Positions 36,164 through 43,688 of a DNA stretch of 64,000 bases are shown piece after piece. The position numbers and the translations under genes are program-made. This DNA comes from Candidatus Nanoarchaeia archaeon (GTDB lineage Archaea > Nanobdellota > Nanobdellia > Woesearchaeales > GW2011-AR9). The DNA is taken from the NCBI GenBank assembly GCA_035289385.1, contig DATDXI010000066.1, positions 1,548 to 65,547 of the forward strand. Reading direction: 5' to 3'. The stretch's first letter is position 1. The number at the start of each line of letters is the position of its first letter. The notes under the pieces are model-generated. The model was not told where the DNA came from. It saw only the letters and a program-made list of their open reading frames with translations, and ran no database searches.

Positions 36164-36754
36164 TCAAGCATCTTTGCTCTTGCTGATCTCTTCTTCAACA
36201 CTCTTCCGCACATCTTCTTCTGTAGGGAAAGCTTGTTCAGGATCGTTATAAGAGCGCAGCAGCATCTTTATTTTAGCTGTCAAATAAGCAGCATCTTCCA
36301 CCGCTTCGTTACGATAGCTTGCTTCTTGAGGAAAGACATACAGCAGCTTATTGATCGCTCCTTTCAAGAAAAAGATCACAGGACTCATGCCCCAACGGCC
36401 TTCCCATTCAGTCATAAACCAGGCATCCATAAAAATAAAAACATCTCCTTGCTGGAAGCGTTTTGGTCCTCCTGGAACTTGCCGGACAACATTTTTGACA
36501 TTTTTGAAATGGATCCTCAGCTTGATCATCAAGGTAACATAATTGGTTTTTTCCTTGTAGGGGCGCAGCTCGACGTAAACATCATACCCCTCATCAGTAA
36601 CTGTATCTTCTGCTCTCTTCTCGCGCTTATGGTATTTTTTATCCTGAAGAGCTTTGTTGATTAAGTGAAACACTTCCTCGATGACAAAGTAGCCGTGATG
36701 CTCGATCTCTCGGTTATTGACAACCAGATTTCGCTCATAGTGGGTTTCTAGCAT
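36164..36754 (-). CDS. Hypothetical protein, paralog of 36765-37277
   Basis: Shared blocks with the neighbour (ELRPYKEK vs IFRPWKSV; DAWFMTEWEGRWGMSPVIFFL vs DGYVLADRNNQWTKKPFTWFF). Confidence 0.45.
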   Translation of the reverse strand: MLETHYERNLVVNNREIEHHGYFVIEEVFHLINKALQDKKYHKREKRAEDTVTDEGYDVYVELRPYKEKTNYVTLMIKLRIHFKNVKNVVRQVPGGPKRFQQGDVFIFMDAWFMTEWEGRWGMSPVIFFLKGAINKLLYVFPQEASYRNEAVEDAAYLTAKIKMLLRSYNDPEQAFPTEEDVRKSVEEEISKSKDA

Positions 36755-36764
36755 TGTGCTTTCC

Positions 36765-37277
36765 TCAGGATTGGTAGGTGTACTTGAATGTATTGAGATA
36801 TGTTTTCAGCCGGCTATGGAGATCTTCCACATCTCCGGTGATCCAAGCTTCCATCTTCTGGTAATGGTCTTTGAAAAAATATTTATGGGCAACAATAGTA
36901 AAGAACCAGGTGAAGGGCTTCTTTGTCCATTGGTTATTCCTATCTGCCAAGACATAGCCGTCAAACAAGATGGTCAATTTGCCTTGGTTTAATCGTAACG
37001 TTTGCCCGTCATGCTCTACTTCCACATCTTTAACATCGATCATATTTACTTTAATGTGCATGATGATCTTATAATAGTCAGAAACACTTTTCCAGGGACG
37101 GAAGATCTGATGGATCTGCTTTCCTTCCGGGGTGACTCGCTCCATATTCATCTCTTCGTGCCAGTCCCAGTGCTTGGTGAAGAACCAGGAAGCGATGATG
37201 TTGTAGATCTCCGCAGCATTAAATAAGCCTTCATATCCCAGCTTCAAGTGGTCAACGACGAGGAATTTTTCGGACAT
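36765..37277 (-). CDS. Hypothetical protein, paralog of 36164-36754
   Basis: See the paralog at 36164-36754. A tandem duplication. Confidence 0.45.
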   Translation of the reverse strand: MSEKFLVVDHLKLGYEGLFNAAEIYNIIASWFFTKHWDWHEEMNMERVTPEGKQIHQIFRPWKSVSDYYKIIMHIKVNMIDVKDVEVEHDGQTLRLNQGKLTILFDGYVLADRNNQWTKKPFTWFFTIVAHKYFFKDHYQKMEAWITGDVEDLHSRLKTYLNTFKYTYQS

Positions 37278-37480
37278 CTTTTATTTCTCCCTTTTTTGCT
37301 GTGTTGTTTTCTCTGTGAATTTTAGTTGTCCCTTTTCTTGGGGATAGAGCTGCTGTTCAAACTTCTTTTTTCCGAAAAATATCCAATATAACGTCAAATT
37401 AGCGATGACTATCAAAAACAAGACTAATGCTGTTTCCATACGGAGAGATAGAGCAGAATTACTTATAAATTATTCGTTAC

Positions 37481-38746
37481 CTACCGGAGAAGGTGTGTTC
37501 TTCGTCCATACGTTTCTAGAATCGTTTTTTCTTGTTCGGGATCCATTTCATAACGGCCTTTCTCTACTTTTCTGACACCTATTCTCTGCATAAATCCAGT
37601 AAATGATCCTAAGGGGATGTCATATGTTGATGTGATTTCTGTGAACGTCCAGACTTTAGCAAGGGTGCCTGATCCGTTTCCTTCTGAAGATACATTATCT
37701 GCTAGGTTATCTGAGGGAGAGTTTTTCACTATTTTTTTTTTCCCCAGACCTAAGCGGTTGATCCTATCGTAAAGGCTCTTTTTGCTAATGCCAAGGCGCT
37801 TGGCGGCCATATTTTTATTCCCTTTGGTATTTGCCAAAGCGGTGAGAATACATGAACGCTCAGTCTCTTTCAAAATGTCGTAGATGGTTCTTTCCTGTCT
37901 TCTTTCGGTTGTTTCTGTAGTTTGAGATAAAGATGTCCAATCATAATTGATGTCCTCTGCCTGAATTTCACCTGCTCCTCGTAGGATGATAGCTCTCTCC
38001 ACGACATTCTCCAAATCTCTTACATTGCCACCCCAGTCATAGAGCTTCAGCTTTTCCTGTGCTGCTGGAGAGATGCCCGTTACTTCTATTCCATGATCCT
38101 GGGCATATCTTTCTATAATATATCTAGCTATCAGGGGGACATCATCAATCCTGGCGCGCAAGGGAGGAAGTTCTAGAGGAAAAGCATTGAGGCGATAAAA
38201 TAGGTCTTGCCGAAAAGTTCCTTTACTCATTTCGTCTTCAAGATTGCGGTTTGTCGCGGCGAGAATTCTTACATTGACAGGAACAGGGGTATTGCTTCCT
38301 ACCGGGAAAACTACGCGCTGCTGAATCACTTGAAGCAGCTTTGCCTGTAAATGGGGGGACATTTCTCCAATTTCATCAAGAAGGATAGTCCCTCCTTCAG
38401 CAGCTTGAAAATATCCCTTGTAGTCTTTTATTGCGCCAGTAAATGATCCTTTAGCGTGACCAAAAAGCTGAGATTCTAAAACTCCTTCCGCAATTCCTGG
38501 ACAATTTACGGTAAAGAATGGTTTTGCTCCACGGCCATTTCTGTTGTTGTAATGAAGAGCAGCAGCAACCAATCCTTTTCCCGTTCCTGTCTCACCGGTA
38601 ATCAAAACGTTGGTTGGCATGTCCACAAGGCGATTGATAAAACCATAGAGTTGCAGCATTTCAGGAGTTTGACCAACAATAGGCCCTTGGCCATGTTCTA
38701 TCATATATCGGCCAGTCTCTGGAGAATAATGTCTTATTTCTGCCAT
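37481..38746 (-). CDS. Sigma-54-interaction-domain AAA+ transcriptional activator (bacterial enhancer-binding-protein type) with Fis-type HTH and ~85-aa C-terminal extension; no N-terminal sensor domain
   Basis: Walker A GETGTGKGLVAAALH, the GAFTGA-equivalent loop GHAKGSFTGAIKD, Walker B GGTILLDEIGEM, an arginine-finger region RILAATNRNLEDEMSKGTFRQDLFYRLN, and an HTH block ILTALANTKGNKNMAAKRLGISKKSLYDRI. Confidence 0.75.
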   Translation of the reverse strand: MAEIRHYSPETGRYMIEHGQGPIVGQTPEMLQLYGFINRLVDMPTNVLITGETGTGKGLVAAALHYNNRNGRGAKPFFTVNCPGIAEGVLESQLFGHAKGSFTGAIKDYKGYFQAAEGGTILLDEIGEMSPHLQAKLLQVIQQRVVFPVGSNTPVPVNVRILAATNRNLEDEMSKGTFRQDLFYRLNAFPLELPPLRARIDDVPLIARYIIERYAQDHGIEVTGISPAAQEKLKLYDWGGNVRDLENVVERAIILRGAGEIQAEDINYDWTSLSQTTETTERRQERTIYDILKETERSCILTALANTKGNKNMAAKRLGISKKSLYDRINRLGLGKKKIVKNSPSDNLADNVSSEGNGSGTLAKVWTFTEITSTYDIPLGSFTGFMQRIGVRKVEKGRYEMDPEQEKTILETYGRRTHLLR

Positions 38747-38790
38747 CTTATAGCTAGAAAATCACTCATTTATAAATGTGATTGCAACAA

Positions 38791-39011
38791 GTATGTATTA
38801 AGTTCTACAACAAAAATAGTGGCAGGTCGGAAAATTCAGCGAGACTTAATGTAAGAAGTAGCTTGATGAGTGATAGTTTAAGCAAATGGTCTCGCAACTA
38901 GCCTTGTTTTACAAAGTTCTTAATGAATTTTCCCTCTTGACGTTGACCTGAGCGAGCAAGAAGCGAGCTCTTGCATTTCAGACCACTATTTTGACCGAAC
39001 TTAATACATAC
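38791..39011. mobile_element. MITE-like element copy B (221 bp) with perfect 15-bp TIR GTATGTATTAAGTTC and 8-bp TSD TGCAACAA
   Basis: The left end GTATGTATTAAGTTC (38791-38805) and the right end GAACTTAATACATAC (38997-39011) are exact reverse complements. TGCAACAA flanks the element at 38783-38790 and 39012-39019. The interior is homologous to copies A and C (AAAATAGTGGCAGGTCGGAAAAT ... GCAACTAGCCTTGTTTTACAAAG ... TTTTCCCTCTTGAC). Confidence 0.65.
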
Positions 39012-39157
39012 TGCAACAATCTTGTCGGAGAAGGAAATGAAGTTTGCATTCTCTTTTCATCACTAAAACATTAAGGATAATCCTACCTATTCTACCACCA
39101 AAAACTTTAATAAGCATTTGGCAATTACTGAGGTAGTATAGGGGGTCGGCATAAAAG

Positions 39158-39793
39158 ATGGTGAAAAACTTTTTCAAAGTTTTACTGAAGAAACTTTCTA
39201 TGAATCCTTTCGCTAAGAAAAGCCATGTTAAGCTAGGTCTCTATGGTCCGCCGAACGGGGGAAAAAGTACCTTAGCCAACCGGATCTGCCAGGACTGGCT
39301 GGGAGAAGAGATGTCCTCCGTTTCTCATGTTGCTCACGAAACGAGAGAAATAACGATCAAAGAGCAAGTGAACATCAAAAATAAGAAGGGCAAAGAATTG
39401 ACCTTTTCTGTCGTTGATACTCCAGGTATAGCTACAAAAATAGATTATGAAGAGTTCCTTAAGAAAGGGCTGAAAAAAGCGGATGCTAAAAAGCGGGCCA
39501 AGGAAGCTACCAAAGGAGTCATTGAATCTATCAAGTGGCTTGATGAGATGGATTCTGTCGTCGTTGTCCTTGATGCTACGAAAGACCCCTATTCCCAAGT
39601 CAATATCACCATCATCGGCAATTTACAGGCAAGAGATATTCCCGTATTGATCGCGGCAAATAAAGTGGATCTAAAAAAAGCAAATATCGAAGCGATCCAG
39701 GCAGCATTTCCCCAATATAAGATTGTGGGCATCTCCGCAAAGTATGGGAAAAACATCGAAGAGTTCTATGAACAGCTATTCCAGCTGAACTAG
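39158..39793 (+). CDS. Small P-loop GTPase (archaeal, TRAFAC class)
   Basis: G1 GLYGPPNGGKST, G3 VVDTPGIA, G4 ANKVDL. The likely start is M15 (MNPFAKK...). Confidence 0.7.
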   Translation: MVKNFFKVLLKKLSMNPFAKKSHVKLGLYGPPNGGKSTLANRICQDWLGEEMSSVSHVAHETREITIKEQVNIKNKKGKELTFSVVDTPGIATKIDYEEFLKKGLKKADAKKRAKEATKGVIESIKWLDEMDSVVVVLDATKDPYSQVNITIIGNLQARDIPVLIAANKVDLKKANIEAIQAAFPQYKIVGISAKYGKNIEEFYEQLFQLN

Positions 39794-39895
39794 AACTATC
39801 CTGCCTTGGCCATAAGAAAAGCTGCTAAAAAGGTGCAAGCGCAAAAACATTTAAAAACATAGAAACTATCCCTCAACCTAAAAAGAAGTGAAACC

Positions 39896-40300
39896 ATGGT
39901 TACTTTCCAATTTATACCGTATCAGGAAGTGGAAAATCTAGGTTCAGCTAAACGTGTCAATAAGCTGCTGAACATCGTCAAGGAAGATAAGATTGTCATC
40001 ATGGAAGGCCGGCTGACCAAGCAAGAAGAGGCAGATCTTATTGAAATAACGATGGAAGAGATTTCTCCCAAATTTAAGGGGATAGAATTAAGTGTTGTTT
40101 ACCCTGACAAGAAAGACCAACGCCCGATGCAGAAGATGAAAGGTGTTTTTGCCAATATGCTTCTGGGAGATAGGATGGGGCTGACCATCATCGGCCCGGC
40201 TTCTGTCGTCAAGAAGATCGAAAACAATCCCGATCGGATTGAGCTGTTTATGAACGAGGGGAACGCTCCTAGATTTAGAAAAAGAAGGCGTAACCATTAA
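39896..40300 (+). CDS. Conserved archaeal small protein (DUF2073-like; assignment tentative)
   Basis: 134 aa, immediately downstream of the GTPase. Confidence 0.35.
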   Translation: MVTFQFIPYQEVENLGSAKRVNKLLNIVKEDKIVIMEGRLTKQEEADLIEITMEEISPKFKGIELSVVYPDKKDQRPMQKMKGVFANMLLGDRMGLTIIGPASVVKKIENNPDRIELFMNEGNAPRFRKRRRNH

Positions 40301-40302
40301 CG

Positions 40303-40698
40303 ATGCCACACCAATGCGTGCGATGCAGTACTCTTTATCCCGATGGCTCACAGGAGATTCTGCGCGGCTGTACTTGTGGAGCAAGATTGTTTTTCTACAT
40401 CAAGAAGAAAGCTCTTGAGGAAGGGAAAGAGCTCATCAACAATTTGACGGATGAAGAGAAAAAGAATATTGAGAAAGATGTTGCAGAGATCGTCAACATC
40501 AAGCAGGAAGATCCTGATGCTCCCGTTATTCTGGATATTGAAGCCATTCGTGTCTTAAAGCCAGGGAAATATGAATTAGACCTAGTTCATCTGTTCAAGA
40601 AAGATCCCTTGATCATCAAGTTAGAGGAAGGGAAATATATCATTGACTTGCCGCAATTATTTAAGAAAGAAGATGATAAGGGCAAGAAAGGGAATTAG
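40303..40698 (+). CDS. Zn-ribbon protein (C4: CVRC...CTCG), DUF2072-like; tentative
   Basis: MPHQCVRCSTLYPDGSQEILRGCTCGARLFFY. Third gene of a GTPase triad. Confidence 0.4.
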   Translation: MPHQCVRCSTLYPDGSQEILRGCTCGARLFFYIKKKALEEGKELINNLTDEEKKNIEKDVAEIVNIKQEDPDAPVILDIEAIRVLKPGKYELDLVHLFKKDPLIIKLEEGKYIIDLPQLFKKEDDKGKKGN

Positions 40699-40739
40699 TC
40701 TTTACTGATTTTTTCGGTTGTTTTTTTTTGCTTCTCTGC

Positions 40740-41252
40740 TCACATCTTGCTTTTCTGTGCTTTATCGGAGATGATGGCAGAATGGCCGGAAGGGTCTTCG
40801 ATGATGATCTTTAATTTCTCCCTGCCAAGAATAACGTTATTTAATTTCTTGATCATGTTTTTTGCTTTTTTCTTTGCTGGCTCTTCATCTTCAGCGTCAG
40901 CGGCAGATTGAATTATCTTTTTTACTCGCTCAATCAACCCTTCAACGTTGGTGATGTATCCTTCGGAGACTGGGCCTGGCTCAATGGTGATAATATGAGG
41001 AATCTTTAATGTCGCTTCTCCCGATTTCACGATCTTGATGCTCATGTCTTCTTCAGCTTCAACTTCAAAGGTATATTTGCAGGGGTCTTTCGTCTCTGCC
41101 GGCTCGACGTCAGATCTTCTATAGCCGCAGCCTTCACATTCTGCGCATAAGACAAAAACTCGGCCAAAGTGAGGGATATCTACTTCTTCTTCTCGTAACG
41201 TCAGCTTCTTCTCTTCACAAAAAGCGCAAGGCTGGTTTTTTATTTCTGCCAT
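40740..41252 (-). CDS. ZPR1-like zinc-finger protein
   Basis: CAFCEEKKLTLREEEVDIPHFGRVFVLCAECEGCGYR shows the ZPR1-type C4 finger with its characteristic IP(H/F)F element. Confidence 0.55.
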   Translation of the reverse strand: MAEIKNQPCAFCEEKKLTLREEEVDIPHFGRVFVLCAECEGCGYRRSDVEPAETKDPCKYTFEVEAEEDMSIKIVKSGEATLKIPHIITIEPGPVSEGYITNVEGLIERVKKIIQSAADAEDEEPAKKKAKNMIKKLNNVILGREKLKIIIEDPSGHSAIISDKAQKSKM

Positions 41253-41377
41253 GGACCAGAAAAAGCGGAACTGATTTTTAAAGCTTTCTGAGCTTGAGGA
41301 TGCTGGAAAAAGAGCAGGCTAGAAGTTGCCGATAAAGAGGAAATTTTTATAAATGGTGGTCAAATAATCCTTGAAGT

Positions 41378-41485
41378 GCACCGGTAGTATAGTGGTTAGT
41401 ATGTCGGCCTTCCATATAGGAAGTGTCTTTTGAGGCTCTTCTGCGAAGGGAGCCGATCACCCGGGTTCGAATCCCGGCCGGTGCA
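41378..41485 (+). tRNA. tRNA-Gly (anticodon UCC) with a 36-nt intron after position 37/38
   Basis: Acceptor GCACCGG/CCGGTGC, D arm GTAT-AGTGGTTA-GTAT, anticodon stem TCGGC/GCCGA and loop CT-TCC-A, T arm CCGGG-TTCGAAT-CCCGG, discriminator A, no encoded CCA. The intron is 41415-41450 and contains GGAAG complementary to the anticodon-loop CTTCC (bulge-helix-bulge style). Confidence 0.7.
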
Positions 41486-41488
41486 TAG

Positions 41489-41505
41489 TTTCTTTTTTTC
41501 TTTTC
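41489..41505 (+). terminator. T-rich tract (archaeal-type terminator) after tRNA-Gly
   Basis: TTTCTTTTTTTCTTTTC lies immediately 3' of the tRNA. Confidence 0.35.
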
Positions 41506-41648
41506 AATAAATCTTTTATATTCGCAATAATTCCTTTTCTCATCCAACCATATTCGAAAGAAGAAGTTAGGCTTGTGAAATCCGCGTGGTTAGCGCTAAG
41601 CTGTAAAACTTGTCTCGAAAGTTTTGGTTGGAGGATTTTCTTACTTGG

Positions 41649-42311
41649 TCAAACCATCGATTCCTGCTGTCCCGGCGGCTTATATGCTAGAGCAGAATCC
41701 TTTTCCCAAGCGCGGCGCAGCACTTTATTATGGGTGAATAATCGCCAATACCTAAATCGCTCTAATTCCTGATGGCTGATCCTGTTCAAGTCTCCGAATC
41801 TTCGTACTTGCAACATCCTTTCGACGATAGAATGAGCGTGCTGTTCTGATAATAGACCAACAGATTCTTCATTTCCTGAAGAGTACTGTTCGCCAGATGA
41901 CGTATGCTGTTCCGAAGCTGATTGATGGGATTTTTCTAATGTCGTGCCATAGCCCCACATCTTTTGGTAGTCAATGGCCGATACCTGCTGAGCGTGCTGG
42001 AAATAAGCTATCTTTTCAATGAGACGGCTGTATTTCACACCTGCTTGTTCTTGCTCTTTCTTTTGCAGCGTTTCATCGGAAGCTGATAATAGAGATTTTT
42101 TCTTTTCGGGAGTTCTGGCTGTCAAAGGCTTTTCTTCCTTTAATTGCTGGATAGCCAGAAATAATTCTTCATTGAATGACGTGTAGCGCTGCAGATCTAA
42201 TCTGGTCCTCTCTTTGTCTGGAGAGCGGGAACTTTTTTGTTTTGCACCTTTTTTTTGGTGATAGAAGGTAGAAACATCCATCATCCCGGCAACGATCCTA
42301 TCCAATTCCAT
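41649..42311 (-). CDS. Hypothetical protein with Ser/Glu/Gln-rich low-complexity regions
   Basis: ORF only, 220 aa. Confidence 0.35.
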   Translation of the reverse strand: MELDRIVAGMMDVSTFYHQKKGAKQKSSRSPDKERTRLDLQRYTSFNEELFLAIQQLKEEKPLTARTPEKKKSLLSASDETLQKKEQEQAGVKYSRLIEKIAYFQHAQQVSAIDYQKMWGYGTTLEKSHQSASEQHTSSGEQYSSGNEESVGLLSEQHAHSIVERMLQVRRFGDLNRISHQELERFRYWRLFTHNKVLRRAWEKDSALAYKPPGQQESMV

Positions 42312-42392
42312 ATGAAGAGAGAAAGAAAAACTCCTTTTATATTTTGTGGGTCAAGGAATCAGACCAAGAATAAAAAAATATTTATTTTTTAT

Positions 42393-42559
42393 AACGAAAA
42401 TAGTGGCAGGTCGTAAAATCCAGCAAGGCTTACTCTGAAAGTGAATGTATTCCCATAAGTTTTAAGTGGAAAGCCTTGCAACTAGACTTGTCTTACGACG
42501 CTTTTAATGGATTTTACCTCTGGACCTTGCCACTATTTTTAACCGAACTAAATACGTAC
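42393..42559. mobile_element. MITE-like element copy C (left end truncated)
   Basis: GAAAATAGTGGCAGGTCGTAAAATCCAGCAAGGCTT ... GGAAAGCCTTGCAACTAGACTTGTCTTACGACG ... TTTTACCTCTGGACCTTGCCACTATTTTTAACCGAACTAAATACGTAC. The right TIR is intact. The outer 15 nt of the left TIR are missing. Confidence 0.55.
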
Positions 42560-42571
42560 ATAATAAAATTA

Positions 42572-42858
42572 TTAGGGGCATGCCCTCGGTCGAATATACT
42601 TGGCTACTGCAGCTGAACCCTAACGGCTTCTCGGACCTGCGCTCCTCTGAACATGGACAGTACAGGTTATGGCTGCTTTCTTCCGAATCTGACCAGATTC
42701 CCAGCATCGCCATCCCAAAGGACAGATCGTCAGCAAAGACGCCAGGACTGCAATAACCCCGTAAACCCTTCCTCAGGCTTCGGCTCCGTGTAAAGTCCGT
42801 TCACGGTGACAACGCAGGACTAGCGCGCCAGCCTAGCTTACCCTAATCTCTAGCTTGA
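42572..42858 (-). ncRNA. ffs: Signal recognition particle RNA (7S/SRP RNA); boundaries approximate
   Basis: GC-rich (about 55%) 290-bp non-coding stretch in a roughly 40% GC genome. The minus strand reads GGUCAGAUUCGGAAGAAAGCAGCCAUAACCUG. This matches the universally conserved SRP RNA helix-8 (domain IV) motif CAGGUCCGGAAGGAAGCAGCC, including the GGAA tetraloop and the AGCAGCC asymmetric loop. The 3' end has a GGGCAUGCCC hairpin. Confidence 0.65.
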
Positions 42859-42919
42859 TTCCTGCAAACTTATATAAAATTTTGGGTAAAAGTTGTTCTT
42901 TGTGGTTTTTTGTTTTTTT

Positions 42920-43570
42920 TCAGAATTGTTGTATCTTCTTGATCGTCAATTCTTTGAAATCACTTATGATCATGTCACAACGTGAAAGGTTTTGGTCATC
43001 ATTAAAGCCATTTCTGATCCCAATACATCTCATCCCGGCATTTTTGGCAGCAAGAACTCCGTTATGGGAATCTTCAATAGCTAAGCATTCTTTGGGATTT
43101 TTCTTTAATTTTTTTGCCGTGTAAAGATAAATCTCCGGGCTAGGCTTTCCTTTGCCGCCAGAATCTTCCGCGCTGATGATCAGCGTGAAAAATTTGCTGA
43201 TATCAATCCGTTCGAGCAGCCAATCAATCCAATGCCGTGGAGATGATGAAGCCATGGCAATGGTGTATTTTTCTTGGTTCAACCGCTGGAGAAGGTCGAT
43301 GCTGTTGGGTAATAGTTGTGTTTTCTTTTGGTAAATAGCAAGGGCTAATTGGTCATAGCCTTTCAAAAACTCTTTTTTGCTCACTTTCATCTTGAATTCT
43401 GAGACTAAATATTGGTAGAGGTTATCAACGTTCATCCCAATGATCTTTCTCTCGTGCTTGCTGTTCCAAGTGGGGATAAGCTTTTTTAAGAACGGCATTT
43501 CATCTTTCTGCCAGTACAATTCTGAATCTATCAAGACTCCGTCAAGGTCAAAGATGATGGTCGTTATCAT
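42920..43570 (-). CDS. HAD-superfamily hydrolase (beta-phosphoglucomutase/phosphatase-like); the track ORF is extended to 43705, but Met46 is the likely real start
   Basis: Motif I IIFDLDGVLIDSE, motif II SSSPR region, motif III/IV K...EDSHNGVLAAKNAGM. Confidence 0.65.
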   Translation of the reverse strand: MITTIIFDLDGVLIDSELYWQKDEMPFLKKLIPTWNSKHERKIIGMNVDNLYQYLVSEFKMKVSKKEFLKGYDQLALAIYQKKTQLLPNSIDLLQRLNQEKYTIAMASSSPRHWIDWLLERIDISKFFTLIISAEDSGGKGKPSPEIYLYTAKKLKKNPKECLAIEDSHNGVLAAKNAGMRCIGIRNGFNDDQNLSRCDMIISDFKELTIKKIQQF

Positions 43571-43688
43571 AGAGGTGATTACTTCTTTGAGGGATATAAA
43601 TGTTTTGAATTGTTGCTTTGCTTTGAAACATATTTCTGTCAAACCTCTGCCAAACATTTTTATAGAGTCCACAGAATTCTTCAAGAAC

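Noticed and set aside
41347-41547. 66-aa minus-strand ORF
   Set aside because: It overlaps the intron-containing tRNA-Gly gene on the opposite strand, so it is spurious.
42572-42858. RNase P RNA as the identity of the GC-rich non-coding block
   Set aside because: The plus-strand AAAGTCCG resembles the RNase P P4 motif only partially (it lacks GGGCUCC). The minus strand instead carries the SRP RNA helix-8 motif almost perfectly.
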